NCBI GenBank assembly: GCA_035533595.1 | Contig: DATLTN010000031.1 | Span: forward strand, 14,363-78,362 | Length of the DNA stretch: 64,000 bases | Origin: Acidimicrobiales bacterium | GTDB lineage: Bacteria; Actinomycetota; Acidimicrobiia; Acidimicrobiales; Bog-793 | Reading direction: 5' to 3' | In this document: one piece after another, positions 1 through 8,091 of the stretch | Layout: every line of letters begins with the position of its first letter | Numbering within the stretch: the stretch's first letter is position 1 | Translations under genes and position numbers: made by a program | Notes under the pieces: model-generated | Seen by the model: the letters and a program-made list of their open reading frames with translations, nothing else | Databases searched by the model: none | Told to the model about the DNA's origin: nothing

Positions 1-531
1 GAACATCACGACGAGGTTGTCGAGGTCGTAGTAGGAGGCCTTGTCGAGGGCCTCCCAGACCGAGCCCTCGGCCGTCTCGGAGTCCCCGCACAGGACGTAG
101 ACGCGGTAGTCGAGTTCGTCGAGGTGCTTGGCCGCCGAGGCGATGCCGACCGCCGCGGCGATGCCGAGGCCGAGCGAGCCGGTGGCGAGGTCGACCCAGG
201 GGAGCTGCGGCGTGGGGTGGCCCTGCAGGCGGCTCCCGAAGCGGCGGTAGGTGGTGAGGAGCTCCTCCTCGCTCACCACGCCGACGGCGCGGTACAGGGA
301 GTAGAGCAGCGGGGATGCATGGCCCTTGGAGAAGACGAGGTGGTCGTTGGTCGGGCGCTCGGGGTGCTGCCAGTCGTAGCGGAAGTGGCGGGCGGCGAGC
401 ACCGCGATGAGGTCGGCGGCCGACAGCGACGAGGTCGGGTGGCCCGAGCCCGCCGAGGTGCTAGAGCGGATCGAGTCGACCCTCAGCTGGCGGGCGAGAT
501 CGGCGACTTCGGCGAGCTCGTGGTTCGGCAT
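1..531 (-). CDS. Transketolase N-terminal (thiamine-diphosphate-binding) subunit/section, partial: start codon in window, 3' end beyond left edge
   Basis: Not in the ORF track because it is open at the window edge. My reverse translation from ATG (complement of 529-531) reads MPNHELAEVADLARQLRVDSIRSSTSAGSGHPTSSLSAADLIAVLAARHFRYDW...LVFSKGHASPLLYSLY...RLQGHPTPQLPWVDLATGSLGLGIAAAVG...YVLCGDSETAEGSVWEALDKASYYDLDNLVVMF. These are the SGHP, KGH and GD-x-E-x-EG motifs of transketolase. Confidence 0.85.
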   Translation of the reverse strand, partial: MPNHELAEVADLARQLRVDSIRSSTSAGSGHPTSSLSAADLIAVLAARHFRYDWQHPERPTNDHLVFSKGHASPLLYSLYRAVGVVSEEELLTTYRRFGSRLQGHPTPQLPWVDLATGSLGLGIAAAVGIASAAKHLDELDYRVYVLCGDSETAEGSVWEALDKASYYDLDNLVVMF

Positions 532-688
532 CGGCTCCTCGCTCCTGTTCGGGTGGACGCGGCCGAGCCTACCGGCGCGCGCCGCGCTGATCGCAGTCGT
601 CCCGAGCGGTCGCCGGCACGCTGTGCACGGGCCGCGGCAAAGCCCGGTCGGGGCCCCGCTCCTCGGCGCGGCGCCGGGCGGTGCCGCG

Positions 689-1348
689 TCAGTGACTGTG
701 CTGGGCGCTGCCCGCGGGGGTGAGCAGGTCGTGCAGGGTGAGGCTGAGGACGCGCTCAGCGGCGGCGGGCGGGCGCCCGAGGCCGGAGCGCACGAAGTGC
801 CAGTGCGGCCACGAGGTCGCCGCGTCGATCGCGTCGAGCACCAGCTTGCGCTCGCCGTTCAGCGCGCTCAGCTCCGCGGAGAAGGCCTGCTCGAGGAAGT
901 GCCGGCGCACGAGGCGGCTGCGGCGCAGCCCCTCGGCCATCTCCTCGGAGGCGTGCTCGTCGAACAGCGTCGCCCGCCGGATCGGGGTGATCGCCTCGAA
1001 GAGGCGCCGCAGCGAGCGGGTGACCATGCCGATGCGAGCCTCGAGGGGTTCGTCGCCGTCGATCGCCACGAGCATCTCGTAGTGGCGGTTCAGCTGCAGG
1101 TCGAGTGCGGTGCGGCGCAGCGCCTCGACGTCTTCGAAGTGGTGGTAGACGGTGCGCAGCGCGACACCGGCGCGCCCCGCGACCTTCTGGGCGGTGGGGC
1201 GGAGCTCGCCCTCCTCGACGAGTACGAGCAGGGCGTCGAGGACCCGCAGGCGGGTGCGCTCGCCGCGGGCGCGCCGTCCGTCGGTCGACTCGACGCTGGC
1301 GTTCGAGGCGCCGCGGCCGCGGTTCAGGCGGGGCAGTGTTGTAGTCAT
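689..1348 (-). CDS. TetR/AcrR-family transcriptional regulator
   Basis: Inside ORF 689..1540. HTH region TRLRVLDALLVLVEEGELRPTAQKVAGRAGVALRTVYHHFEDVEAL. Start placed at the internal ATG 1348 (MTTTLPRL...) because the upstream part of the ORF is low-complexity. Confidence 0.8.
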   Translation of the reverse strand: MTTTLPRLNRGRGASNASVESTDGRRARGERTRLRVLDALLVLVEEGELRPTAQKVAGRAGVALRTVYHHFEDVEALRRTALDLQLNRHYEMLVAIDGDEPLEARIGMVTRSLRRLFEAITPIRRATLFDEHASEEMAEGLRRSRLVRRHFLEQAFSAELSALNGERKLVLDAIDAATSWPHWHFVRSGLGRPPAAAERVLSLTLHDLLTPAGSAQHSH

Positions 1349-1349
1349 G

Positions 1350-1364
1350 GCTCCATTGTGGAGC
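1350..1364. promoter_or_regulatory. 15-bp perfect palindrome GCTCCA-TTG-TGGAGC abutting the TetR start codon; possible autoregulatory operator
   Basis: Read directly: gctcca (1350-1355), ttg, tggagc (1359-1364). It lies 2 nt upstream of the proposed start at 1348. Confidence 0.25.
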
Positions 1365-1487
1365 GGCTCGGGCGTCCGCTGTTGGCGCGTTCCGGAATGG
1401 GTCCCTGCGGGCTCGTGTGCCTTCTCGCCCCGCTTGGCCGTTCGCTCCAGACGGCTCCGTGGGCGCGAGGGCAACACGTCACTGTAG

Positions 1488-4055
1488 TTATCCCTTTCTC
1501 CGCCGGAGTAACCATCCGCACATCGCGAGCAGCGTGACAAGACCGCAGATCGTGACGATCAGTCCGAGGAGCAGGCTCGCCGGGGCGTAGCGCCAGGTGA
1601 CGACCCAGCGTCCCTTGGGGATCGGCACGGCCTGCACGAGGCCGAGACGCTGCACGGCGATGACCCGCGTCGGGCCGCCGGCGAGGGGGCGCAGGCGGGC
1701 CGTCCAGCCGCCGGAGTAGTTCTCCGAGCGGACGAGCAGCGCGGCGCGCGGCGCGTCGACCGTCGTGCGCTGGGTCGCCCCGAGCGCGGCGTCCTGCACC
1801 GTGACCTCGCCGGGCGTCGCGAGCGCAGGGTCGGCGGCTGTCGAGCGCTGCGGCTCCAGCCAGGCGAGGCCGTGCGTCTCGGTGTTCTGCCACACCGAGA
1901 AGGGCCCGAGCTGGCCGCCGTAGCGCCAGCGCGGCGCCGCGAGGCTGCCCTGCAGGGCCCCGTCGAGGAGCAGGCGCTCGGACGGGGCGGCGGTGACCGC
2001 GACGGTCGCGCCGATCTCAGCGGCGGGGCCCGTGTCGCTCACGACGAGCTCGACGGCACTCACCCCGCCGAGGTTGACGCGCACCGTCCCGTCGCGCTCG
2101 ACCGCCGCGGTGCGGCGCGTCACCGCCCCGCTCGGGCCGACCGCCGCCACGGTGAGCGCCGCCGGGCGCACCTTGGCGGGGAGCAGGGTCACCGAGGCGC
2201 GCCGCAGCACCGTCGGAGAGGCGAAGACGAAGGTGGCCGGTGCCCCCGCTCCGACCGACCAGGGGCCGGCGAAGTAGGCGGGGGCCGCCGGCGCGCCGGC
2301 GGCGTTCGTGGCGACCCCCGGAGCGACGCTCAACGGGATCGGCGAGCCGATGGGGAGCGTGATCGAGAACGAGAGCGGCAGGGCGACGAGCGAGCGCAGG
2401 TCGAGGGTGTCGGCCTCGGAGCTGGAGAGCAGCGAGCGGCTCACGTTCTCGAAGAAGTGCGTCGCGGTCACCTGCTGGTAGGCGCCGCTCACGAGCGAGC
2501 CGTAGCCCTCGACCGAGGCCACGTCGTGGAGGATGTTGAGGTCGGTCACCCCGAGCTCGTTGACGGCCACCGGCCCCTCGGCGGGGATGGCAAAGCTCGG
2601 GTTGTAGAGGGCGAAGCGGCCCGTCGGACCGGTATAGCGGGCGAGCCCCTGCGAGAGGGGCGTGTGCGCGGCGAGGCTCGACTCGGGGACCGCCGGGTAG
2701 GAGGCGTTCAGCCCGTAGAGGAGGGCATCGGCGAAGACCGCCGCGCCGACGATGAGGCGCGCCGCGCGCGTCCCGCGCCGTGCCGCGACGAGCAGCGCTC
2801 CTGCGCTCAGCACGGCGAAGATGATCGTGGCGACGAAGTAGGGCCGCATCCCGTGCAGGGTGGCGAGGAGGCGCGGGAGCCGGAAGTGCGCGGCGAGGCG
2901 GCCCGGGTCGGCGATCGCGAGGGCCGCCAGCCCGATGCTCCCGAGCGCGGGGAGCAGCACCACGACGCGGCGGCGGCCGAGAAGGAGGCGCCGCACCTCG
3001 CTGTCGGGGGTGCCGAGGTCCTCGACGAGGTAGGCGGCGAGCACCGCGAGCGCGAGGTCGAAGAGCACAGCGCTGCGGTTCTGCAGCCGCTCGCCACCGA
3101 AGAGCGGCAGGTGCACCGTGAGGTGACCGAGGGGGATCGTGGTGCCGAGGGCGAGGAGCACGCCGAGGGCGCCGATCAGGTACCACAGGCCGAGGTGGCG
3201 GCCGTCCGCGGCGTGCGGCAGGCCGAGCACGCGTGCCCGCAGCGAGGCGGCGAGCGGGAAGAGATAGAGGAGCGCCGCGGCGAGCGCGACGAGGCCGCTC
3301 CCGATGCTCAGCTCCGGGAGGTTGTAGTTGCCGGCATAGACCGGCAGGGCGAGGTTGCCGTTGCCCCCGAGGAAGAAGGGGACGAGCAGCTGGGTCGCGA
3401 GGCGGAAGGCGTCGACCGAACCGGTCCCGAAGAAGGAGTAGGCCGCCGAGCTGCGCTGCGAGTTGGAGAGGAAGGTCAGCCCGGGCAGCCACTGGATCGC
3501 CCCGAGGAGGCCGCCGAGCAGTGCCCCGAGGGCCATCGGCACGAGGGCGCGCAGCAGCGCGCCGAGCGGGCGCCAGGAGAGGACGAGCGCGTAGGGGATC
3601 GCCACGATCGCGGTGCTGGTGAGGGCGCGCGGGTCGCCGGCGAGGATCGTCCCCGCGAGCGCGCAGCCGAGGAGCGCGACGAAGCCGACGCGGGCGCGCG
3701 GCGACGGCTGACCGGCGAGGCAGTTGATCGCGAGCAGCACAAAGGGCAGGAGCGCCGTGCCCGTCTCGAGGCCGAGGTGGACCACCTGGCCGCTCATGAA
3801 GCCGGTGTAGGTGAACAGCAGCGCACCGAGCACCGCGGCGAGCGGCCCGACGCCGTGGCGGCGGAGGAGGAGGTGGGTGCCCACCCCGCACAGGGCGAGG
3901 GGGGCGACGAAGTTCGCCGTCCAGGCGAGGCCGAGGGGAAGGAAGGAGAAAAGGAGCGTGCCCGGGAACAGCGCCCCGGCGTTCCACCCGGCGAGCAGCG
4001 GTGTCCCGCTCCAGATGAGGGGGTCCCAGGCCGGGAGGCGGCCACTCCGGATCAT
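1488..4055 (-). CDS. Large polytopic membrane protein, YfhO-like (membrane glycosyltransferase-like); start unresolved
   Basis: C-terminal 855 codons of the 1216-aa ORF 1488..5138. MIRSGRLPAWDPLIWSGTPLLAGWNAGALFPGTLLF is followed by many hydrophobic helices, a large soluble domain and a final TM anchor (GLIVTICGLVTLLAMCGWLL). 4055 is the first in-frame ATG. A further TM-like helix lies upstream without a canonical start codon. Confidence 0.6.
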   Translation of the reverse strand: MIRSGRLPAWDPLIWSGTPLLAGWNAGALFPGTLLFSFLPLGLAWTANFVAPLALCGVGTHLLLRRHGVGPLAAVLGALLFTYTGFMSGQVVHLGLETGTALLPFVLLAINCLAGQPSPRARVGFVALLGCALAGTILAGDPRALTSTAIVAIPYALVLSWRPLGALLRALVPMALGALLGGLLGAIQWLPGLTFLSNSQRSSAAYSFFGTGSVDAFRLATQLLVPFFLGGNGNLALPVYAGNYNLPELSIGSGLVALAAALLYLFPLAASLRARVLGLPHAADGRHLGLWYLIGALGVLLALGTTIPLGHLTVHLPLFGGERLQNRSAVLFDLALAVLAAYLVEDLGTPDSEVRRLLLGRRRVVVLLPALGSIGLAALAIADPGRLAAHFRLPRLLATLHGMRPYFVATIIFAVLSAGALLVAARRGTRAARLIVGAAVFADALLYGLNASYPAVPESSLAAHTPLSQGLARYTGPTGRFALYNPSFAIPAEGPVAVNELGVTDLNILHDVASVEGYGSLVSGAYQQVTATHFFENVSRSLLSSSEADTLDLRSLVALPLSFSITLPIGSPIPLSVAPGVATNAAGAPAAPAYFAGPWSVGAGAPATFVFASPTVLRRASVTLLPAKVRPAALTVAAVGPSGAVTRRTAAVERDGTVRVNLGGVSAVELVVSDTGPAAEIGATVAVTAAPSERLLLDGALQGSLAAPRWRYGGQLGPFSVWQNTETHGLAWLEPQRSTAADPALATPGEVTVQDAALGATQRTTVDAPRAALLVRSENYSGGWTARLRPLAGGPTRVIAVQRLGLVQAVPIPKGRWVVTWRYAPASLLLGLIVTICGLVTLLAMCGWLLRRRKG

Positions 4056-4312
4056 CGCCCCCGCCAGCTCGCGCAGCGGCAGGTTCTGGACGAGGTCGTC
4101 GCCGGGGAGGATCAGGTAGCCGGCGGCGACGTAGGGGAGGTAGATCGCGAGCGGGAGCGCGACGAGGACCGAGAGGGCGAGGCGGTCGCCGCGACCGATG
4201 CGCGCGAGCAGCCGCGAGCGACGACGGCGGGGGCTCGCCCGGAGGCTCGCCCGGTCGTCCTCTCCCTCGTCGCCATCCTCGGTGCTCGGCGCGCTCAGGC
4301 GCCGCTGCTCGC

Positions 4313-5008
4313 TCAGCCCGCCCGTCCCGACGTGCCGTCCACCGCGCCGGTGGGGGCGCCCTCGACCTCGGCCCGGCGCGCCGCGGCGGCGAGCGCGCGG
4401 CGGTGGCGCCGCACGTGGTGAACCACGAGGGCGGTGCCCAGCAGCACCAGCGCGATCAACACGTACACGAAGTAGTGGCCGATGCCGTTGTAGATCGCCG
4501 TCACATGGCTCCCGGCGACGTCGCCGACGGTCGCCCAGAGGGCGACCCAGAGCACGGCGCCGATCGCGTTGAAGGTCAGAAAGACGGGCCACGGCATCTC
4601 CGAGAGGCCGGCGACGATGCCGTTGGCTTGGCGGAGGCCCTCGATGAAGCGGGCGATGGCGACGATCTTCGGGCCCTGCCGCTCGAAGAAGGCGGTCGCC
4701 TTGTCGAGGCGTTCGGCGGTGATGAACAGGTAGCGGCCGTAGCGCTCGATGAGCGGCCGACCCCCGAAGCGGCCGATCGCGTAGCCGACGTTGTCGCCGA
4801 GGACGGCGGCGGACACCGCGACGAGCCCCACGACCACGATGTTCAGCTGCCCCGCGCCTGCGTAGATCGCCGCGGCGATGAGGATCGTCTCGCCCGGGAC
4901 CGGGATGCCGAAGTCCTCGAGCATCACGAACCCGCCGACGGCGAGATAGCCGTGGTGATTGAGCGTGGGCGCGAGGCTCTTGAGGAAGCCTGGCAAGGGG
5001 GGGTTCAT
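4313..5008 (-). CDS. DedA/SNARE-associated family membrane protein
   Basis: Inside ORF 4313..5809. From ATG 5008: MNPPLPGFLKSLAPTLNHHGYLAVGGFVMLEDFGIPVPGETILIAAAIYAG...GDNVGYAIGRFGGRPLIERYGRY..., a typical DedA signature. 231 aa. Confidence 0.85.
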   Translation of the reverse strand: MNPPLPGFLKSLAPTLNHHGYLAVGGFVMLEDFGIPVPGETILIAAAIYAGAGQLNIVVVGLVAVSAAVLGDNVGYAIGRFGGRPLIERYGRYLFITAERLDKATAFFERQGPKIVAIARFIEGLRQANGIVAGLSEMPWPVFLTFNAIGAVLWVALWATVGDVAGSHVTAIYNGIGHYFVYVLIALVLLGTALVVHHVRRHRRALAAAARRAEVEGAPTGAVDGTSGRAG

Positions 5009-5131
5009 CGCGCCCGACGCTACACACCGCGTCGCGGCGGACCGGGGAGCGAATTCTTGACCTCTCCGGTCGACTATCGGCGCCCCCGGCGGTAAGCTCG
5101 GCGGCGCATTCCACATCAGAGGAGAAACCCC

Positions 5132-5764
5132 ATGGCACTGCAGCTTGGAGACGACGCGCCCGATTTCACGGCGGAGACGACTGAGGGCGAGATCCACCTC
5201 TACGACTACCTCGGCGACGGCTGGGGTGTCCTGTTCTCGCACCCCGCGGACTTCACCCCCGTGTGCACCACCGAGCTCGGCGAGGTCGCCCGACTGAAGC
5301 CCGAGTTCGAGAAGCGCAACGCCAAGGTCCTCGGCCTCTCGGTCGACCCGGTGGACTCCCACAAGAACTGGGCGGGCGACATCAAGGACGTCTCGGGCCA
5401 CGCGCTCAACTACCCGTTGATCGCGGACCCCGAGCGCAAGGTCGCCGACGCCTACGGGATGATCCACCCGAACGCCCTGACCACGATGACCGTCCGCTCG
5501 GTCTTCATCATCGGCCCGGACAAGAAGATCAAGCTCACGATCACCTACCCGGCGGCGACCGGCCGGAACTTCGAGGAGATCCTGCGGGTCCTCGACTCGC
5601 TGCAGCTGACCGCCAAGCACCAGGTCGCCACGCCGGTGAACTGGCAGCACGGTGACGACGTGATCATCACCGCAGCCGTCTCCGACGAGGACGCGGCGAA
5701 GCGCTTCCCCGGCTACACGACGGTGAAGCCCTACCTCCGCACCACGGCCCAGCCGAAGGACTGA
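5132..5764 (+). CDS. Peroxiredoxin, 1-Cys (Prx6-like) AhpC/TSA family
   Basis: MALQLGDDAPDFTAETTEGEIHLYDYLGDGWGVLFSHPADFTPVCTTELG..., with the peroxidatic Cys in the FTPVCTTE motif. GGAG-type RBS (cagaggagaaacccc) upstream. Confidence 0.9.
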   Translation: MALQLGDDAPDFTAETTEGEIHLYDYLGDGWGVLFSHPADFTPVCTTELGEVARLKPEFEKRNAKVLGLSVDPVDSHKNWAGDIKDVSGHALNYPLIADPERKVADAYGMIHPNALTTMTVRSVFIIGPDKKIKLTITYPAATGRNFEEILRVLDSLQLTAKHQVATPVNWQHGDDVIITAAVSDEDAAKRFPGYTTVKPYLRTTAQPKD

Positions 5765-5792
5765 CCGGGCCGCGCCGACGAGCGAGCAGGGC

Positions 5793-5822
5793 CCCCGCGA
5801 CCTCAACACGAGGGTCGCGGGG
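5793..5822 (+). terminator. Stem-loop after the peroxiredoxin gene (10-bp GC stem CCCCGCGACC / GGTCGCGGGG, 10-nt loop)
   Basis: Arms read at 5793-5802 and 5813-5822, 29 nt after the stop codon. No clear U-tract, which is common in high-GC actinobacteria. Confidence 0.5.
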
Positions 5823-5876
5823 CCGCTTCGGGTCTCGGCACCATCGACGGGGGCGCCGAAACTACGCTCCCAGGCG

Positions 5877-7313
5877 ATGGCGAGCGTGTCGGCCTCCGTG
5901 GGGCCGACCGCACCGGTGGCGTTGCGCGACCGCCTCGAGGGGGCGTGGCGTCTCCTCAGTTCGCTCCCCCTCCTCGTGCAAGACGCCGTCCTGTACGCCG
6001 GCTCCTGCGGCTTCGCCCTGCTGAACGCCGGCCTCGCGGAGTCCCCCGACTACCGGGACTGGGGCCAGATGGCGGCGGTCGCCTACGGGGCGGCGACGAT
6101 CGTCTGCCTGGTGGGGGCGCGGCGCACCGGCCGCCGCCGCCCACCGGCCACGGCCGCCGTGACGCGCCTGCGGCGCGGCGTGCTGTTCGTCCTCGTCCTC
6201 GGCGTCGTGGTCGTCCCGCTCGGCGCCGAGCTCGCCTGGCGCGCCGAGGCGACGCCGGGCGCGCACGCTCAGCCCGAGGTGGCGGTGATCGAACGGGCCG
6301 GGGACCGGGCAGCCGCGGCGCGCAGCCCGTACCTCACCTCGCCCTCCTCGGTCGGCGACTCGCCGCAGAGCGACCACCACGACGTGGACTCCACCGCCTT
6401 CTTCCCCTATCTGCCGGGGATGGTCCTCTTCGGCCTGCCGAGCGCCTACGTCGCGAGCGCCGCCTTGGGCGACGCCCGTCTCGCGCTCGTGCTGTTCACC
6501 CTCGGCGTCGCCGGCGGGGCCCTCCTCCTCGGCCCCGGCGCGCTGCGATGGCGGTCACGGGTGGTGCAGGTCCTCGTCGTGCTGCCCTTCGGGGCCCTCC
6601 CGATGGTGACCGGTGGCGACGACCTGCCGGTCCTAGCGCTCTGTCTGCTCGGCCTCGTCCTCGCCGCCCGCCGACGTCCCGTCGCCGCCGGCCTCGTCCT
6701 CGGCGTCGCCGGGACCCTCAAGTTCACCGCCTGGCCGATCCTCCTGCTCCTCGTGTTCGCGGTGCGTGACGGGGAGGGGCGCCGGGCGATCGGGCGCTAC
6801 ACCCTGGCCGCAGCGGTCGTGGCGCTGCCGGTGATCCTGCTCGGCGTGCTCACGAGCCCCGAGGGCTTCCTCGTGAACGTCGTCCGCTTCCCCCTCGGCC
6901 TCGCGAGCGTGCGGTCGCCCGCCGCGAGCCCCCTCCTCGGCCAGGTGCTGACGACGATCTTCCCCTCGCACCGTCGCCTCATCACCGGGCTCCTCGCAGC
7001 GGTGGGCGCCCTCCTCGTGCTCGCGCTGCTCTACCGTCGCCCGCCGCGGTCAGTGGCCGGGGTCGCCGGGGTGACCGCCTTCGCGCTGCTGCTCGCGACC
7101 CTGCTCGCCCCGGCCACCCGCTTCGGCTACCTCATCTACCCGGCGAACCTCGCCGCCTGGGCGGTGGCGCTCTCGGTCGGAGCGGCTCAGTCGGGGTCGT
7201 TCTGCTCGAAGAGCGTGAGGGCGAGCGTCGTCTCGCCGGCCGAGAGGTCGCCGTTCAGCGCCGGGGTGAGCGAGGGCCCCGCCGGGGTGAGCACGACCGC
7301 CACCTCCCAGTAG
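5877..7313 (+). CDS. Polytopic membrane protein, GT87/DUF2029-like (putative polyprenol-phosphate-mannose-dependent glycosyltransferase)
   Basis: About 10 predicted TM helices. FFPYLPGMVLFGLP and GTLKFTAWPILLLL segments resemble DUF2029 proteins. The last 127 nt overlap the convergent ORF 7187..7939. Confidence 0.5.
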   Translation: MASVSASVGPTAPVALRDRLEGAWRLLSSLPLLVQDAVLYAGSCGFALLNAGLAESPDYRDWGQMAAVAYGAATIVCLVGARRTGRRRPPATAAVTRLRRGVLFVLVLGVVVVPLGAELAWRAEATPGAHAQPEVAVIERAGDRAAAARSPYLTSPSSVGDSPQSDHHDVDSTAFFPYLPGMVLFGLPSAYVASAALGDARLALVLFTLGVAGGALLLGPGALRWRSRVVQVLVVLPFGALPMVTGGDDLPVLALCLLGLVLAARRRPVAAGLVLGVAGTLKFTAWPILLLLVFAVRDGEGRRAIGRYTLAAAVVALPVILLGVLTSPEGFLVNVVRFPLGLASVRSPAASPLLGQVLTTIFPSHRRLITGLLAAVGALLVLALLYRRPPRSVAGVAGVTAFALLLATLLAPATRFGYLIYPANLAAWAVALSVGAAQSGSFCSKSVRASVVSPAERSPFSAGVSEGPAGVSTTATSQ

Positions 7314-7939
7314 TAGCCGTCGGTCGAGGGACGGGTGCCGAACAGCTCGGTGTGTTTGCCGTCCGCGGTTGTGTCGGGGCCGGAGACCGACCAGCCTCCC
7401 GCCTTCAGCTCCGTGCGGTAGAAGGTGACGGTCTTCGCGCGGCTGGCGGCGACGTCGAGGGTGACGGTGCCGTCGTAGAGCTCGAGGCCGGCATCACTGC
7501 GCTCGTGGCCCTTCACCGTCGCGCCGGCGGGCACGACGAGCGCCTTCAGCACGTCGGCGGGAGGGTCGCCCCCCGAGGAGATCTGCCGGAACAGCGGTGT
7601 CGATGCGGCGGGGGAGAGGCCCGTCCCGCCCACGGCGCCGCCGCTCGGCGCCGTCGTCTTCGGCGGCTTGCCACCGACCGCGGCGAACACGAAGCCGAAG
7701 AGCGAGATCACGAGGACGATCGCGACCACGATGAGCGCCGGCCCCCGGCGGACTCGGCCGGGGCGCCAGGGCAGCTCGCCGCCGGCTGTCGGCGGCGCCG
7801 GATCGTCGAGGGAGGGAGCAGGGTCGGTGGTGGTCGCAGGCAAACTGTAGTGGCGGTCGGCAGTTGCTCGGAATGCGTTCCTGGGCCCCGGCCGACGGAC
7901 ACGGCTGCGTGGGCCCTCGGTCGAGGGTTCCGCAGGCAC
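7187..7939 (-). CDS. Hypothetical single-pass membrane-anchored protein with extracytoplasmic domain
   Basis: 250-aa ORF with a GTG start. It has a Pro-rich N-terminus, one TM helix (ALIVVAIVLVISLFGFVFAAV), then a soluble domain with good GC3 codon bias. No family recognised. Confidence 0.5.
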   Translation of the reverse strand: MPAEPSTEGPRSRVRRPGPRNAFRATADRHYSLPATTTDPAPSLDDPAPPTAGGELPWRPGRVRRGPALIVVAIVLVISLFGFVFAAVGGKPPKTTAPSGGAVGGTGLSPAASTPLFRQISSGGDPPADVLKALVVPAGATVKGHERSDAGLELYDGTVTLDVAASRAKTVTFYRTELKAGGWSVSGPDTTADGKHTELFGTRPSTDGYYWEVAVVLTPAGPSLTPALNGDLSAGETTLALTLFEQNDPD

Positions 7940-7958
7940 GGAGCCGTGGCAGTCTCTT

Positions 7959-8010
7959 CCCGGCCCGGCCCGGCCCGGCCCGGCCCGGCCCGGCCCGGCC
8001 CGGCGCGGCC
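7959..8010. repeat. Pentanucleotide microsatellite (CGGCC)n, about 9 perfect units plus one imperfect unit
   Basis: Read directly: cc cggcc x8 (7961-8000) cggc g cggcc. It is intergenic, between the divergent starts at 7939 and 8092. Confidence 0.95.
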
Positions 8011-8078
8011 CCGAGGACCTCGCGGCCCGAGGGGCACGGGCGCCGCGCCGCCATTCAGCTTCAAATCCGGCCCCAGCC

Positions 8079-8084
8079 GATAAT
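8079..8084 (+). promoter_or_regulatory. Candidate -10 hexamer GATAAT placed for a leaderless rel transcript
   Basis: gataat at 8079-8084, with 7 nt between it and the ATG at 8092. No Shine-Dalgarno in ctgtctc. The -35 is weak. Confidence 0.3.
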
Positions 8085-8091
8085 CTGTCTC

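Noticed and set aside
1872-4421. Very long ORFs antisense to, or out of frame with, recognisable genes: 1872..4421 (+), 2017..3987 (-), 7708..9996 (-), 11204..14149 (-), 14407..16986 (-), 14985..17066 (+), 23236..25650 (-), 25665..27035 (-), 28375..30387 (-), 46771..48291 (+), 57155..59071 (+), 59460..60719 (-), and others.
   Set aside because: Their translations are Arg/Ala/Gly/Pro/Glu-rich low-complexity strings with no motifs, and each is the shadow of a well-supported gene in another frame or strand. This is a classic high-GC artefact.
1488-5138. The 1216-aa ORF read as one giant protein.
   Set aside because: Its N-terminal third is Arg/Pro junk that overlaps the well-supported DedA gene (4313..5008) in another frame. 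Only the part from about 4055-4310 downward looks like a real (YfhO-like) protein.
7959-8010. Considered whether the short repeat tract could be a CRISPR array or part of one.
   Set aside because: The units are 5 nt, directly abutting, with no spacers. There are no cas genes in the window.
7352-8083. ORFs translating the CGGCC tract as PGPAR/GRAGP repeat proteins (7352..8083 +, 7494..8054 -, and the N-terminal extension of 7864..10356).
   Set aside because: The repeat is read in all frames equally and the flanking translations are junk. The Rel homology starts at ATG 8092, so I treat the tract as an intergenic microsatellite.
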